From Candidatus Krumholzibacteriota bacterium (GTDB lineage Bacteria; Krumholzibacteriota; Krumholzibacteriia; LZORAL124-64-63), in contig JBDLKA010000001.1 of assembly GCA_039714075.1 (NCBI GenBank), positions 32,001 through 96,000 on the forward strand: a stretch of 64,000 nucleotides of DNA, given 5' to 3'. The notes beneath the pieces were generated by a model. That model searched no databases. It had not been told where the DNA came from and saw only the letters and a program-made list of their open reading frames with translations. How positions within the stretch are numbered: the stretch's first letter is position 1; each line of letters opens with the position of its first letter. Both the position numbers and the translations under genes were made by a program. Positions 1 through 8,043 of this stretch are shown here, piece after piece.

Positions 1-642
1 AAGACGACCTACTTCGACATGGTCAAACACTTCCTCAAGATCCTGGTCATCGGGCTCCTGGCCTGGGTCACGATCCAGGGCCTGCTGGAGCATCTGGTGG
101 GGGCGGCGGTCCTGCCGCTACCGGCCATCGTGGATATGGCCCGGACCGATTTTGTGCACCTGATGGTAAAACTCCTTCTCTTCATGGCCATCCTTGCCGT
201 CATCGACTGGTTTTGGCAAAAGAACCGGCATGAGGAAAACCTCAAAATGACCCGGCAGGAAGTGAAGCGGGAAAACAGGGACATCGAAGGGGATCCCCAG
301 ATCAAGGCCCGTGTCCGGGGCCTCCAGTACGAGATGGCCCGCAAGCGAATGCTGGCCGATGTGCCCACCGCGGACGTCGTGGTGACCAATCCGACCCATT
401 TCGCGGTGGCCTTGAAATACGCCCCCGGCTCGTCGGCTCCCCAGGTGGTTGCCAAGGGTCAGGACCATGTGGCACAGATGATCAAAAAAGTGGCCCGCCA
501 GTCACGCGTTCCCGTCATGGAAAACAAGCCTTTGGCCCGCGCATTGCACAAGGAAGTCGAAGTGGGGGCCGGAATTCCCGAAAGCCTGTACCAGGCCTTG
601 GCCGAAGTGCTGGCCTACGTGTACCACCGGAAAAGGTCCTGA
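1..642 (+). CDS. flhB: Flagellar export switch protein FlhB (5' end outside the window)
   Basis: LKMTRQEVKRE...EGDPQIKAR, the NPTH autocleavage motif and APQVVAKG; frame open from base 1; followed by flhA. Confidence 0.96.
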   Translation, partial: KTTYFDMVKHFLKILVIGLLAWVTIQGLLEHLVGAAVLPLPAIVDMARTDFVHLMVKLLLFMAILAVIDWFWQKNRHEENLKMTRQEVKRENRDIEGDPQIKARVRGLQYEMARKRMLADVPTADVVVTNPTHFAVALKYAPGSSAPQVVAKGQDHVAQMIKKVARQSRVPVMENKPLARALHKEVEVGAGIPESLYQALAEVLAYVYHRKRS

Positions 643-672
643 CCCGGGCCGTCGGACAAGGGAGACTGAAGC

Positions 673-2790
673 TTGCAGCAGGATCAAGTCATCAACAGGG
701 ATCTCGTGCTGGCCAACAGCAACGTGCTGAGCGCCGGCGCGGTTTTGGTCATTCTGGGCCTGTTGGTGGTTCCGGTGCCGCCGATCCTGTTGGATCTGAT
801 GCTGACCTTCAGCATCGCTTTTTCGGTGACGGTCCTGCTGGTGTCCCTCTACATCAAGCAGCCCCTTCAATTCAACAGCTTCCCTTCCCTGCTTCTGATT
901 CTCACCCTGATGCGCCTGTCCCTGAACGTGGCTTCCACCCGCCTGATCCTCAGCAAGGGTTCGGCGGGCCAGGTCATCCAGAGTTTCGGCGATTTTGTCG
1001 TGGGGGGGAACTACGTCATCGGGGTGATCGTCTTCATCATCCTGGTGGTCATCAACTTCATGGTCATCACCAAGGGGTCCGGGCGCATCGCCGAAGTGGC
1101 CGCCCGCTTCACCCTCGACGCCATGCCCGGCAAGCAGATGGCCATCGACGCCGACCTCAACGCCGGCCTGATCAATGAAGCGCAGGCCAGGGCCAGGCGT
1201 CAGGAAATTTCCCAGGAAGCTGAATTTTTCGGGGCCATGGACGGGGCCAGCAAATTCGTCAAGGGCGACGCCGTCGCCGGCATCATCATCACCGTCATCA
1301 ATATCGCCGCGGGCTTTGTCGTCGGCATGATCCAGATGGGGATGTCCGGTAGCGAAGCCCTGAGCCGTTTCACGATCCTGACGGTGGGCGACGGCCTGGT
1401 GTGCCAGATCCCCGCCCTGTTGGTCTCCACCAGCGCCGGCCTGGTGGTGACCCGTTCCAGCGGCAGCCACAATCTCGGGCAGGCGGTCACCCTGCAGATC
1501 TTCCGGCAACGCAAGGCCCTGTTCCTTTCCGCGGGGGCCATGATGGTTCTCGCCCTGGTGCCGGGGTTGCCGACCGGCCCCTTCATGTTCCTGTCCGTGG
1601 CCACGGCTTTGACCGGGTTCATCCTGGGCCGCAAGGTGGCCAGCTACGATGAAGACAAGGCCCGCAGCCTGGAAATCGACCGGATGGCGGAAGTGCAGCC
1701 CGAAGAGGAATCCGACGGGATACGTTCGGAAGACCTGTTTGTACTGGATCGCCTGGAACTGGAGATCGGGTACGGGTTGATCCCACTGGTCGATGACTCG
1801 CGCGGAGGGGATCTGCTGGCCCGGGTGGGCAACATCAGGCGTCAGGTGGGTAAGGAACTGGGGATTTTCGTTCATCCCATCCGCGTCCGGGACAACCTCC
1901 AGCTTGGCGCCCAGCAATACGTCATCCGGCTGAAGGGCGTGGAAATCGCCCGGGCCGAACTGATGCCCGATAAACTGCTGGCCATGAACACCAGGCCGGA
2001 CACGGGAGAGATCGAGGGCACCTCCACCACCGAACCCGCCTTTGGCCTGCCCGCGGTTTGGATCGACCGGGATAACAAACAAGCCGCCGAACGCGAGGGC
2101 TTCACCGTGGTCGAACCACCTGCGGTTCTGGCCACCCATCTGTCGGAATTGATCCGCATCCACGCCGATGAGCTCTTGAGCCGCCAAGACGTCAAGGACA
2201 TGTGCGAATCCATCAGGGAATTCGCGCCCTCCCTGGTGGAAGACCTGATCCCCGACAAGGTGCCGGTCAACACGCTGCACAATGTTCTGCGGGCCCTGCT
2301 GCATGAACGTGTTCCCGTGCGGGACATAATTTCCATTCTGGAAACCCTGGCCGACCACGGGGGCGGCAACCTGGCCACGGATTACCTGGTGGTCAAGGTG
2401 CGCGAGGCGCTGGGCCGTTCCATCACCGCCCTGTACGCGGAAAACGGTGGCCGCCTGCACGTCGTTTCCCTGCATCCGGAAACGGAGCAGGTGTTCCTGC
2501 AGGCCAGCCGCAATTCGGAGCAGGCGGGTGGCGTGGTGCTTGATCCCGGTTTCACCCAGGAATTCCTGACCCGCACCGAAGCCGTTCTTCGTGCGGCCTC
2601 CGCCAACGGGCCACAGCCGGTCCTGCTGGTGCCCACACCCATCCGCCTCTTCGTGAAAAGTCTCGTCGAACCGACCTTTCCCAATCTGGCCGTCATGGGC
2701 TACACCGAAGTTTCCGATTCGGTGACCATCCAGTCGGCAGGAACGGTGGTGGCCAATGGAATTCCCCAGGAACAACACGCAGCCGGCTGA
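673..2790 (+). CDS. flhA: Flagellar export gate protein FlhA
   Basis: FHIPEP motif RIAEVAARFTLDAMPGKQMAIDADLNAG and FFGAMDGASKFVKGDA; TTG start after a GGAG. Confidence 0.97.
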   Translation: MQQDQVINRDLVLANSNVLSAGAVLVILGLLVVPVPPILLDLMLTFSIAFSVTVLLVSLYIKQPLQFNSFPSLLLILTLMRLSLNVASTRLILSKGSAGQVIQSFGDFVVGGNYVIGVIVFIILVVINFMVITKGSGRIAEVAARFTLDAMPGKQMAIDADLNAGLINEAQARARRQEISQEAEFFGAMDGASKFVKGDAVAGIIITVINIAAGFVVGMIQMGMSGSEALSRFTILTVGDGLVCQIPALLVSTSAGLVVTRSSGSHNLGQAVTLQIFRQRKALFLSAGAMMVLALVPGLPTGPFMFLSVATALTGFILGRKVASYDEDKARSLEIDRMAEVQPEEESDGIRSEDLFVLDRLELEIGYGLIPLVDDSRGGDLLARVGNIRRQVGKELGIFVHPIRVRDNLQLGAQQYVIRLKGVEIARAELMPDKLLAMNTRPDTGEIEGTSTTEPAFGLPAVWIDRDNKQAAEREGFTVVEPPAVLATHLSELIRIHADELLSRQDVKDMCESIREFAPSLVEDLIPDKVPVNTLHNVLRALLHERVPVRDIISILETLADHGGGNLATDYLVVKVREALGRSITALYAENGGRLHVVSLHPETEQVFLQASRNSEQAGGVVLDPGFTQEFLTRTEAVLRAASANGPQPVLLVPTPIRLFVKSLVEPTFPNLAVMGYTEVSDSVTIQSAGTVVANGIPQEQHAAG

Positions 2791-3901
2791 CGGACGGACG
2801 TCCGTCGTGACCGGGCCCACCCTCAGCGAAACCTTCAAGCTGGTTCGTCAGGAATTTGGCCCGGACGCAGTGATCGCTGGGTCACGAACCAATACGCGCC
2901 GCAAAAGCAACGGGTGGGGGACCGAGCAGGTTGTCGAAGTCCTGGTCCAGAACCCGGGAGCCTTCCCGGTGGTAGCCGAGGGAGACCGCGACCCGGAAGA
3001 AAACCTGACCGGTGACATCCGCCGCGAAGTGGAACGTCTGGAAAAAATGGTGGAAGAAATATGCAAAGGGGACGCGCTTGCCGATGCCCCTGAAAAGATT
3101 CAACCGGCGAATCCGTTGGGCGAATACCTGGAGCAGAACGGGGCTTCCCCGGGCGCGGTCACCAGGCTTTTGAACCGGTTCGCAGGTGAGACGGGTTCGT
3201 CCGTGGACGACAGGCCGGCCGCCATTCGCTGGTTGGCGTCCCGGCTGGATACCGTCCCCGGGGACCTGACTGCCCCTGCGGGCATCCACGCCTTCCTGAC
3301 GGAACACGCCGGTGACAGGTTGGACCTCGTTCTTCATCTGGCCCGGCGGATGACGGACCTGGGTCGCCGTGTCCTGGTGCTCTCCATCCTGCCTGATCCG
3401 GAAACACAGTTGCCCAGGTTGCGTGCCGTGGCCGCCGCATCCGGCCACGATGCCGCGGTTGTGCAGGACCTCGACCAACTGGCGGACCTTCAACAACAGC
3501 TCGACGGATATGATCTGATCCTCATGGATTTGCCGGCCCTGGCAGATCCGGCCCTGGGCGAAGGAACCCCCCTCCACAAGTGGTTGGCGGCCGATGTCCA
3601 GGTCCAACGTCATCTGCAGGTGCCCATGGACCGCGATTTCCTGGATCTGGCCGACCTGCGGGAAGCGGCGCGCCTCTGGAATTGCGACTCGCTGGCCCTG
3701 GCCCGGCTGGATGGGACCCGCCGACCCGCCAAGCTCCTGGATCTGATCGACACCATTCCTCTTCCGGTTTCGCTGCTGGCGGACAGCGCCACGGGGAGCG
3801 GCTACCTGGAGGCGGCCACCCCGGATTTGCTGTTGGACAGGATCCTGGCCCTGAAATCAGGTCCCAACTTCAAACCGGGTCTGGAAATTGAAAGCGCCTG
3901 A
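2756..3901 (+). CDS. flhF: FlhF-like protein with a degenerate SRP-type GTPase domain
   Basis: FlhF-type N-terminus (TLSETFKLVRQEFGPDAVI...VVEV) and position right after flhA; the C-terminal domain follows the FlhF G-domain pattern but has no P-loop, DLPA for DTAG and ARLD for TKLD. Confidence 0.75.
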   Translation: MEFPRNNTQPADGRTSVVTGPTLSETFKLVRQEFGPDAVIAGSRTNTRRKSNGWGTEQVVEVLVQNPGAFPVVAEGDRDPEENLTGDIRREVERLEKMVEEICKGDALADAPEKIQPANPLGEYLEQNGASPGAVTRLLNRFAGETGSSVDDRPAAIRWLASRLDTVPGDLTAPAGIHAFLTEHAGDRLDLVLHLARRMTDLGRRVLVLSILPDPETQLPRLRAVAAASGHDAAVVQDLDQLADLQQQLDGYDLILMDLPALADPALGEGTPLHKWLAADVQVQRHLQVPMDRDFLDLADLREAARLWNCDSLALARLDGTRRPAKLLDLIDTIPLPVSLLADSATGSGYLEAATPDLLLDRILALKSGPNFKPGLEIESA

Positions 3902-3924
3902 AGGGCGAAAGGAAATCAGACGGT

Positions 3925-4158
3925 ATGCAGAAGTTCATCCACAACGTCGCCCTGCTGGCCAGTTTCGTGGTCCTGTCCTGCGGGCTTTGGCAGGACTGGG
4001 GAGCGTGGCTCACCGTCAAGCGGATGTTCGTTTCCTACATGGGGTTTTTCATCTGCGGATCGGGCCTTTTTCTGGCCTTCAGGGCCGTTCTCCGGTTCGA
4101 GTCCGGACCCCGGGACGCAAAGAGTGACAAGTCCGTCGGCCGGGTCGCAAAAGGTTGA
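3925..4158 (+). CDS. Small membrane protein (77 aa, two predicted transmembrane helices)
   Basis: Two hydrophobic stretches (VALLASFVVLSCGLW and MFVSYMGFFICGSGLFLAF); AAGGA upstream; fills the gap between flhF and fliA. Confidence 0.7.
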   Translation: MQKFIHNVALLASFVVLSCGLWQDWGAWLTVKRMFVSYMGFFICGSGLFLAFRAVLRFESGPRDAKSDKSVGRVAKG

Positions 4159-4185
4159 CGGCACCCGTACGCGCAGGGCGGCTGA

Positions 4186-4201
4186 TGGCATGGAAAGTGC
4201 A
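4186..4201 (+). promoter_or_regulatory. Putative sigma54 (-24/-12) promoter for fliA
   Basis: TGGCATGGAAAGTGCA has exact GG-N10-GC spacing and ends about 38 nt before the fliA ATG. Confidence 0.65.
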
Positions 4202-4239
4202 AATGCAACAGGGTTGCACCTCACCAGAAAGGTTGGCTA

Positions 4240-5190
4240 ATGATCGACACAGTCCAGATCGCGCACCAGGATCTCTGGGAACAGACCGAAGGCAGACACA
4301 GCCAGGAAGCCCGCCGGGACCTGGTCAATATCTATGCCCGCATCGTTAAATACGTGGCCGGAAGAATGGCCATCGGGCTGCCTCACTACGTTGAATTCAA
4401 CGACCTGATTTCCGCCGGTCTTCTGGGGCTGATCCAGGCGATCGATAATTTCGACCACGAGCGGGGGATAAAGTTCGAAACCTATGCCATTCCCCGCATC
4501 CGGGGCTCCATTCTGGATGAACTGCGCAGCCAGGACTGGTTCCCGCGCTCGCTGCGGCGCAAGGCAAAGCAACTGGAAGAAGCCTACTCCACTCTGGAAG
4601 TCCAGCTTGGCCGTCCCGCCACCGACGCGGAAGTCGCCAAAAAGCTCAGTATAAAAATCGAGGAGCTGGACAGCATGGTGGGCGAGGTCTCCATCGCCAC
4701 GATCATGTCCCTGGACGCCGACACCTCCGGCGACGACAACGAGAATTCCACCAGCCTGGGGGACTATCTGGCCGACGTGAACAACGAAGACGTCGAACAG
4801 ATCCTGGCCCGGCAGGAGATGAAGGAACTGATCGGGACGCGCATGGCGGAACTTCCCGAAAAGGAACAGCTGGTCCTGGTCCTGTACTACTACGAGGAAT
4901 TGACCCTCAAGGAAATCGGGGAAATCCTCGACGTCACCGAAAGCCGGGTCTGCCAGATCCACACCAAGGCAATTCTGAGGCTGAAGGGCAAGATCGAACG
5001 GCACGAGGGCAAGAGCTCCATCGGCCAGATAACGCAGCAGATCCAGCGTCAGCAGCAGCCTCAGGAGGGTACTGCCAAGGCAGGCACCGACAAGGCAGGC
5101 ACCCTGGTGGAAAAAACCCTGAAGACCCTGGAGCCGGTGAACGTCATGGCCTGTGTGACCCTGTTTCACCTTTGCACATTCCTGACCTGA
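4240..5190 (+). CDS. fliA: RNA polymerase sigma factor FliA/WhiG (sigma28) with a C-terminal extension of about 60 aa
   Basis: DLISAGLLGLIQAIDNFD, FETYAIPRIRGSILDELRSQDW and YYEELTLKEIGEILDVTESRVCQIH. Confidence 0.95.
   Translation: MIDTVQIAHQDLWEQTEGRHSQEARRDLVNIYARIVKYVAGRMAIGLPHYVEFNDLISAGLLGLIQAIDNFDHERGIKFETYAIPRIRGSILDELRSQDWFPRSLRRKAKQLEEAYSTLEVQLGRPATDAEVAKKLSIKIEELDSMVGEVSIATIMSLDADTSGDDNENSTSLGDYLADVNNEDVEQILARQEMKELIGTRMAELPEKEQLVLVLYYYEELTLKEIGEILDVTESRVCQIHTKAILRLKGKIERHEGKSSIGQITQQIQRQQQPQEGTAKAGTDKAGTLVEKTLKTLEPVNVMACVTLFHLCTFLT
5076..5103 (+). repeat. 13-bp direct repeat CAAGGCAGGCACC, two copies with 15-bp period, in the fliA tail
   Basis: Copies at 5076-5088 and 5091-5103, encoding AKAGT and DKAGT. 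Confidence 0.8.
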
Positions 5191-5262
5191 ATGGCGAAAA
5201 CTGGGGGGGGTGACCGGGGCCGCAGCCTGACCATTCGTATCTGTAGATGACGAGGAGCGAAC

Positions 5263-5637
5263 ATGCCCGGTGATGGAGTTTCCCTGCCGACCACCCTGGC
5301 CCAGATGGGCAACGTGGCCAGGACCCAGGCCCGGGGACAGCAGGCCTCGCCCCAGGTGACGCCCTTCTCCGAGCAGAAGGACGACAAGAACGAGTTGAAG
5401 ATCCAAGGGGTCAAGGAAACCACCGAAGCCGAACAAAGCCGGGTCATTGCCGATCAGGAGGAAAACGACAAACGGAAACGTCGCCGCCTGAAACGCCGGC
5501 GGAAAAGGATCACCAGGTCAGGGAATGATCAGCAGGCAAGTCGGGAAAAGGACTTGAACAATGACCAGGACGACTCGACGCGGACCAGCGTCGAAGAGGA
5601 AGAGGATCTGGGCAGCCTGATCGACATGAGGGTTTGA
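5263..5637 (+). CDS. Hypothetical hydrophilic protein, probably flagellum-associated
   Basis: GAGGAG RBS; Gln-rich N-terminus, basic tract, and C-terminal GSLIDMRV resembling the G-x-x-I-D tail of small flagellar-locus proteins. Confidence 0.7.
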   Translation: MPGDGVSLPTTLAQMGNVARTQARGQQASPQVTPFSEQKDDKNELKIQGVKETTEAEQSRVIADQEENDKRKRRRLKRRRKRITRSGNDQQASREKDLNNDQDDSTRTSVEEEEDLGSLIDMRV

Positions 5638-5655
5638 TTTCCCAGGAGGGAAACC

Positions 5656-6045
5656 GTGGATTTCACCGCCATTTGGGAAAGTATCGCAGGCCAGGAGCCC
5701 GTGTTCCTGGCGGCCACAGGATCTGTGGCCCTCGGGATCACCCTCATTCTGATGGCTGGAATCGTCCCGCTGAAGCGGGTCCGGACATGGGCCCGTCCTG
5801 AGGCCCCTGCGGAAGAGCCCCGAACGCTACCCACGGCTGTCGTTGCACCGGAACACCATCAATCACGGACCGAACCCGCCCGGAACCCTGAATTGCGGCA
5901 TCTTATGACCAGATTGAGGGCCGCGGCGGACAAACTGGAACATTCAACGGCCGCAAATGCCGATTATCCCGATAACCCCGCCGATTCCCCACTAAAGAAG
6001 GTTCCCTCCGGAGTCGAATATATCTTCAGAGCCGGAACGGGATGA
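5656..6045 (+). CDS. Hypothetical protein with an N-terminal membrane anchor
   Basis: AGGAGG RBS before GTG; one hydrophobic segment (VFLAATGSVALGITLILMAGIV). Confidence 0.7.
   Translation: MDFTAIWESIAGQEPVFLAATGSVALGITLILMAGIVPLKRVRTWARPEAPAEEPRTLPTAVVAPEHHQSRTEPARNPELRHLMTRLRAAADKLEHSTAANADYPDNPADSPLKKVPSGVEYIFRAGTG
5993..6020 (+). promoter_or_regulatory. Putative sigma28 (FliA/SigD-type) promoter for the HDOD pair
   Basis: TAAA-N16-GTCGAATA resembles the TAAA-N15/16-GCCGATAA consensus; lies about 90 nt upstream of the HDOD ATG, inside the 3' end of the previous CDS. Confidence 0.55.
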
Positions 6046-6109
6046 AAAGCACCTCCCGGAACGGTGATGCGTACCTTGGCTTGAATACGCCCCGACTTCA
6101 GGAGAAAGC

Positions 6110-7009
6110 ATGGGCAGTTCCGTAATGGCCCCTCAATTTTCAGAGTCCGCGAACGACACCGGGGTCAGTGAACAGCTGAAGAATATCATCATGACCACCG
6201 GGGACCTGCCGGCCATGCCGCAGGTGGCCAGCAAGGTGCTCGAGTTGTCGTCCGACCCGAACACTTCCGCCCAACAGCTGCAGCACATCATCGCCGACGA
6301 CCAGGCCATGACGGCGCGAATTCTCAAGATCGCCAACAGCGCCATGTATTCCTGCAGCCGCAAGGTCAAGACCCTGACCGAAGCCATCGTCATGCTCGGC
6401 TTCAACTCCATCCGCAGCCTGGTGGTGACCAGCGCCGCCCGCAATCTTTACAACACGCGCAAATCCACCACAGGGCTGAAGGAGCGGCTTCTGTGGGAAC
6501 ATTCCATCGGCGTGGCCTTCGCTTGCCGGTTGCTTGTCCAGGAAAGGATTCCTTCCCTGGCGGAGGAGGCGTTCCTGGCCGGGCTTATGCACGACATCGG
6601 GAAACTCGTCCTAAATTTGCGTGTGCCGGAACAATTCGATGAAATCGTCCAGCAGGTCTACAACGACAACCGGGCCTTCAGCCCCACGGAAAAAGAGATC
6701 CTGGGGTTCGATCATTCCGTGGTGGGGGCGCGGTTGATCAACAAGTGGAATCTTTCGACGGTCCTTGAAGAAACAATCCTGAACCATCACAACCCACAGG
6801 CGATGACCGAGGACAACCCTTTGCTGCTGTACCTTGATCTGGGCAACAGGATCTGCCACAAACTCGGCATCGGGTTCTTGGACGAACCGGATCTGGAAAT
6901 CAGCAACTGCCGGGCCAATTCCATTCTCGGCCTGCCGCCCGAAACATTCGATTCGGTGGCCGTCCGCCTGCAGGAAACACTTGAAACCGAGATGGAAATC
7001 TTTATCTGA
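6110..7009 (+). CDS. HDOD domain protein
   Basis: LPAMPQVA, DQAMTARILKIANSAMY, LWEHS, AGLMHDIGK, E..ILGFDH..VG, NHH. Confidence 0.9.
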   Translation: MGSSVMAPQFSESANDTGVSEQLKNIIMTTGDLPAMPQVASKVLELSSDPNTSAQQLQHIIADDQAMTARILKIANSAMYSCSRKVKTLTEAIVMLGFNSIRSLVVTSAARNLYNTRKSTTGLKERLLWEHSIGVAFACRLLVQERIPSLAEEAFLAGLMHDIGKLVLNLRVPEQFDEIVQQVYNDNRAFSPTEKEILGFDHSVVGARLINKWNLSTVLEETILNHHNPQAMTEDNPLLLYLDLGNRICHKLGIGFLDEPDLEISNCRANSILGLPPETFDSVAVRLQETLETEMEIFI

Positions 7010-7018
7010 GGTTAAAGT

Positions 7019-7927
7019 ATGCATTCGATCAGCTTGGGAGAAAGAGTCATTGATCCGGGTCAGCTTCAGGAGATGCTGTCCAATTTCGAAGAGTTGCCCA
7101 CGATCCCGGATATCCTGTTCCAGATTCTGAAGATCCTGGACGACCCCGACAGCGGAGCCGCGGATCTTGCCGAAGTCGTGCGGCTGGACGCTCCCTTGAC
7201 CGCCCGCATCCTGCGGCTGGCCAATTCCCCCTACTATTCATCCCGTGGCGACATGGCCGACATCCATCGCTGCATCGCCGTGCTCGGTTACCGGACCATC
7301 CGCCAGGTTGCCATCTGTGTTTCGGTCGCCACCAGCGTGGTGACCGCCGCAGCCCGTGCCAAAGGGCAACTTGACTACAAGGAATTATGGCAACACTCCG
7401 TGGCCACCGGCGCCATCGCCAAGCATTTGGCGGAAATGGTGGGACACCGGGAGCCGGACGAGGTTTTCACCGCCGGTCTGCTGCACGATCTCGGCAAATT
7501 CATCCTGGAGATCTATTCTCCCGAGTCCTACGGAAAGGTCATCCGCTCCCGCAGGGAACGGAACCTGACCCTGCTGGAAATGGAACGTGAAGCATACGGC
7601 TTCGACCATGCCGTCCTGGGGGAGGCTTTTGGATTTTCCTGGCGTTTCCCCGGCATCCTGACGCGCTGCATGGGTCACCATCACAACCAGGGGCAGTCCT
7701 CCAGCAGATCCAATAGTCAGGGGCACGCCGTTGCCCTGGTCGCACTGGCCGATTTCCTGGCCCACACACTGTTCCCCGCGATCGGCGACCTGGGTTATGA
7801 TCCCGATGCGGCGAACCTGGGAGATTTGTGTGCGGGGGCAGGGTTGACCGAGGCCATCGTTGTCCCCGAATACGCTTCAATGCAGGACGTTGTCCGGAAG
7901 TCCACCATCTATCTCGATCTGCGCTGA
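7019..7927 (+). CDS. HDOD domain protein
   Basis: LPTIPDI, DAPLTARILRLANSPYY, LWQHS, AGLLHDLGK, GFDHAVLG. Confidence 0.9.
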   Translation: MHSISLGERVIDPGQLQEMLSNFEELPTIPDILFQILKILDDPDSGAADLAEVVRLDAPLTARILRLANSPYYSSRGDMADIHRCIAVLGYRTIRQVAICVSVATSVVTAAARAKGQLDYKELWQHSVATGAIAKHLAEMVGHREPDEVFTAGLLHDLGKFILEIYSPESYGKVIRSRRERNLTLLEMEREAYGFDHAVLGEAFGFSWRFPGILTRCMGHHHNQGQSSSRSNSQGHAVALVALADFLAHTLFPAIGDLGYDPDAANLGDLCAGAGLTEAIVVPEYASMQDVVRKSTIYLDLR

Positions 7928-7980
7928 CGGGTGCCTTGCCTGACAGGCCGCCAGGAAAAACCTGCTGGCATTGTTGCCAC

Positions 7981-8005
7981 TATAATGTAATATGACATAT
8001 TGACA
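7981..8005 (+). promoter_or_regulatory. AT-rich promoter region with TATAAT, the palindrome AATATG-A-CATATT and TTGACA
   Basis: TATAAT at 7981-7986, palindrome at 7989-8001 and TTGACA at 8000-8005, upstream of the sigma54 activator gene. Confidence 0.45.
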
Positions 8006-8043
8006 GTATCTGGTTCCATCGAATCCACAGGAACGGGAACGGT

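Noticed and set aside
4038..4115. tRNA-like pattern: perfect T-arm TCCGG-TTCGAGT-CCGGA (4091-4107) and a 5-bp stem with a 7-nt loop upstream
   Set aside because: No proper D-arm, a mismatched acceptor stem, no purine at position 37 and no CCA; it lies inside the small membrane ORF. A tRNAscan-SE or ARAGORN run would settle it.
7966..7977. TGGCATTGTTGC as a sigma54 promoter
   Set aside because: GG to GC spacing is 7 nt, not the required 10.
7975..8002. dif-like look of TGCCACTATAATGTAATATGACATAT (and ATGTCCTATAA near 9612), given xerC and xerD in the window
   Set aside because: No XerD arm (TTATGTTAAA-like) at the required 6-bp spacing; better explained as -10 promoter elements.
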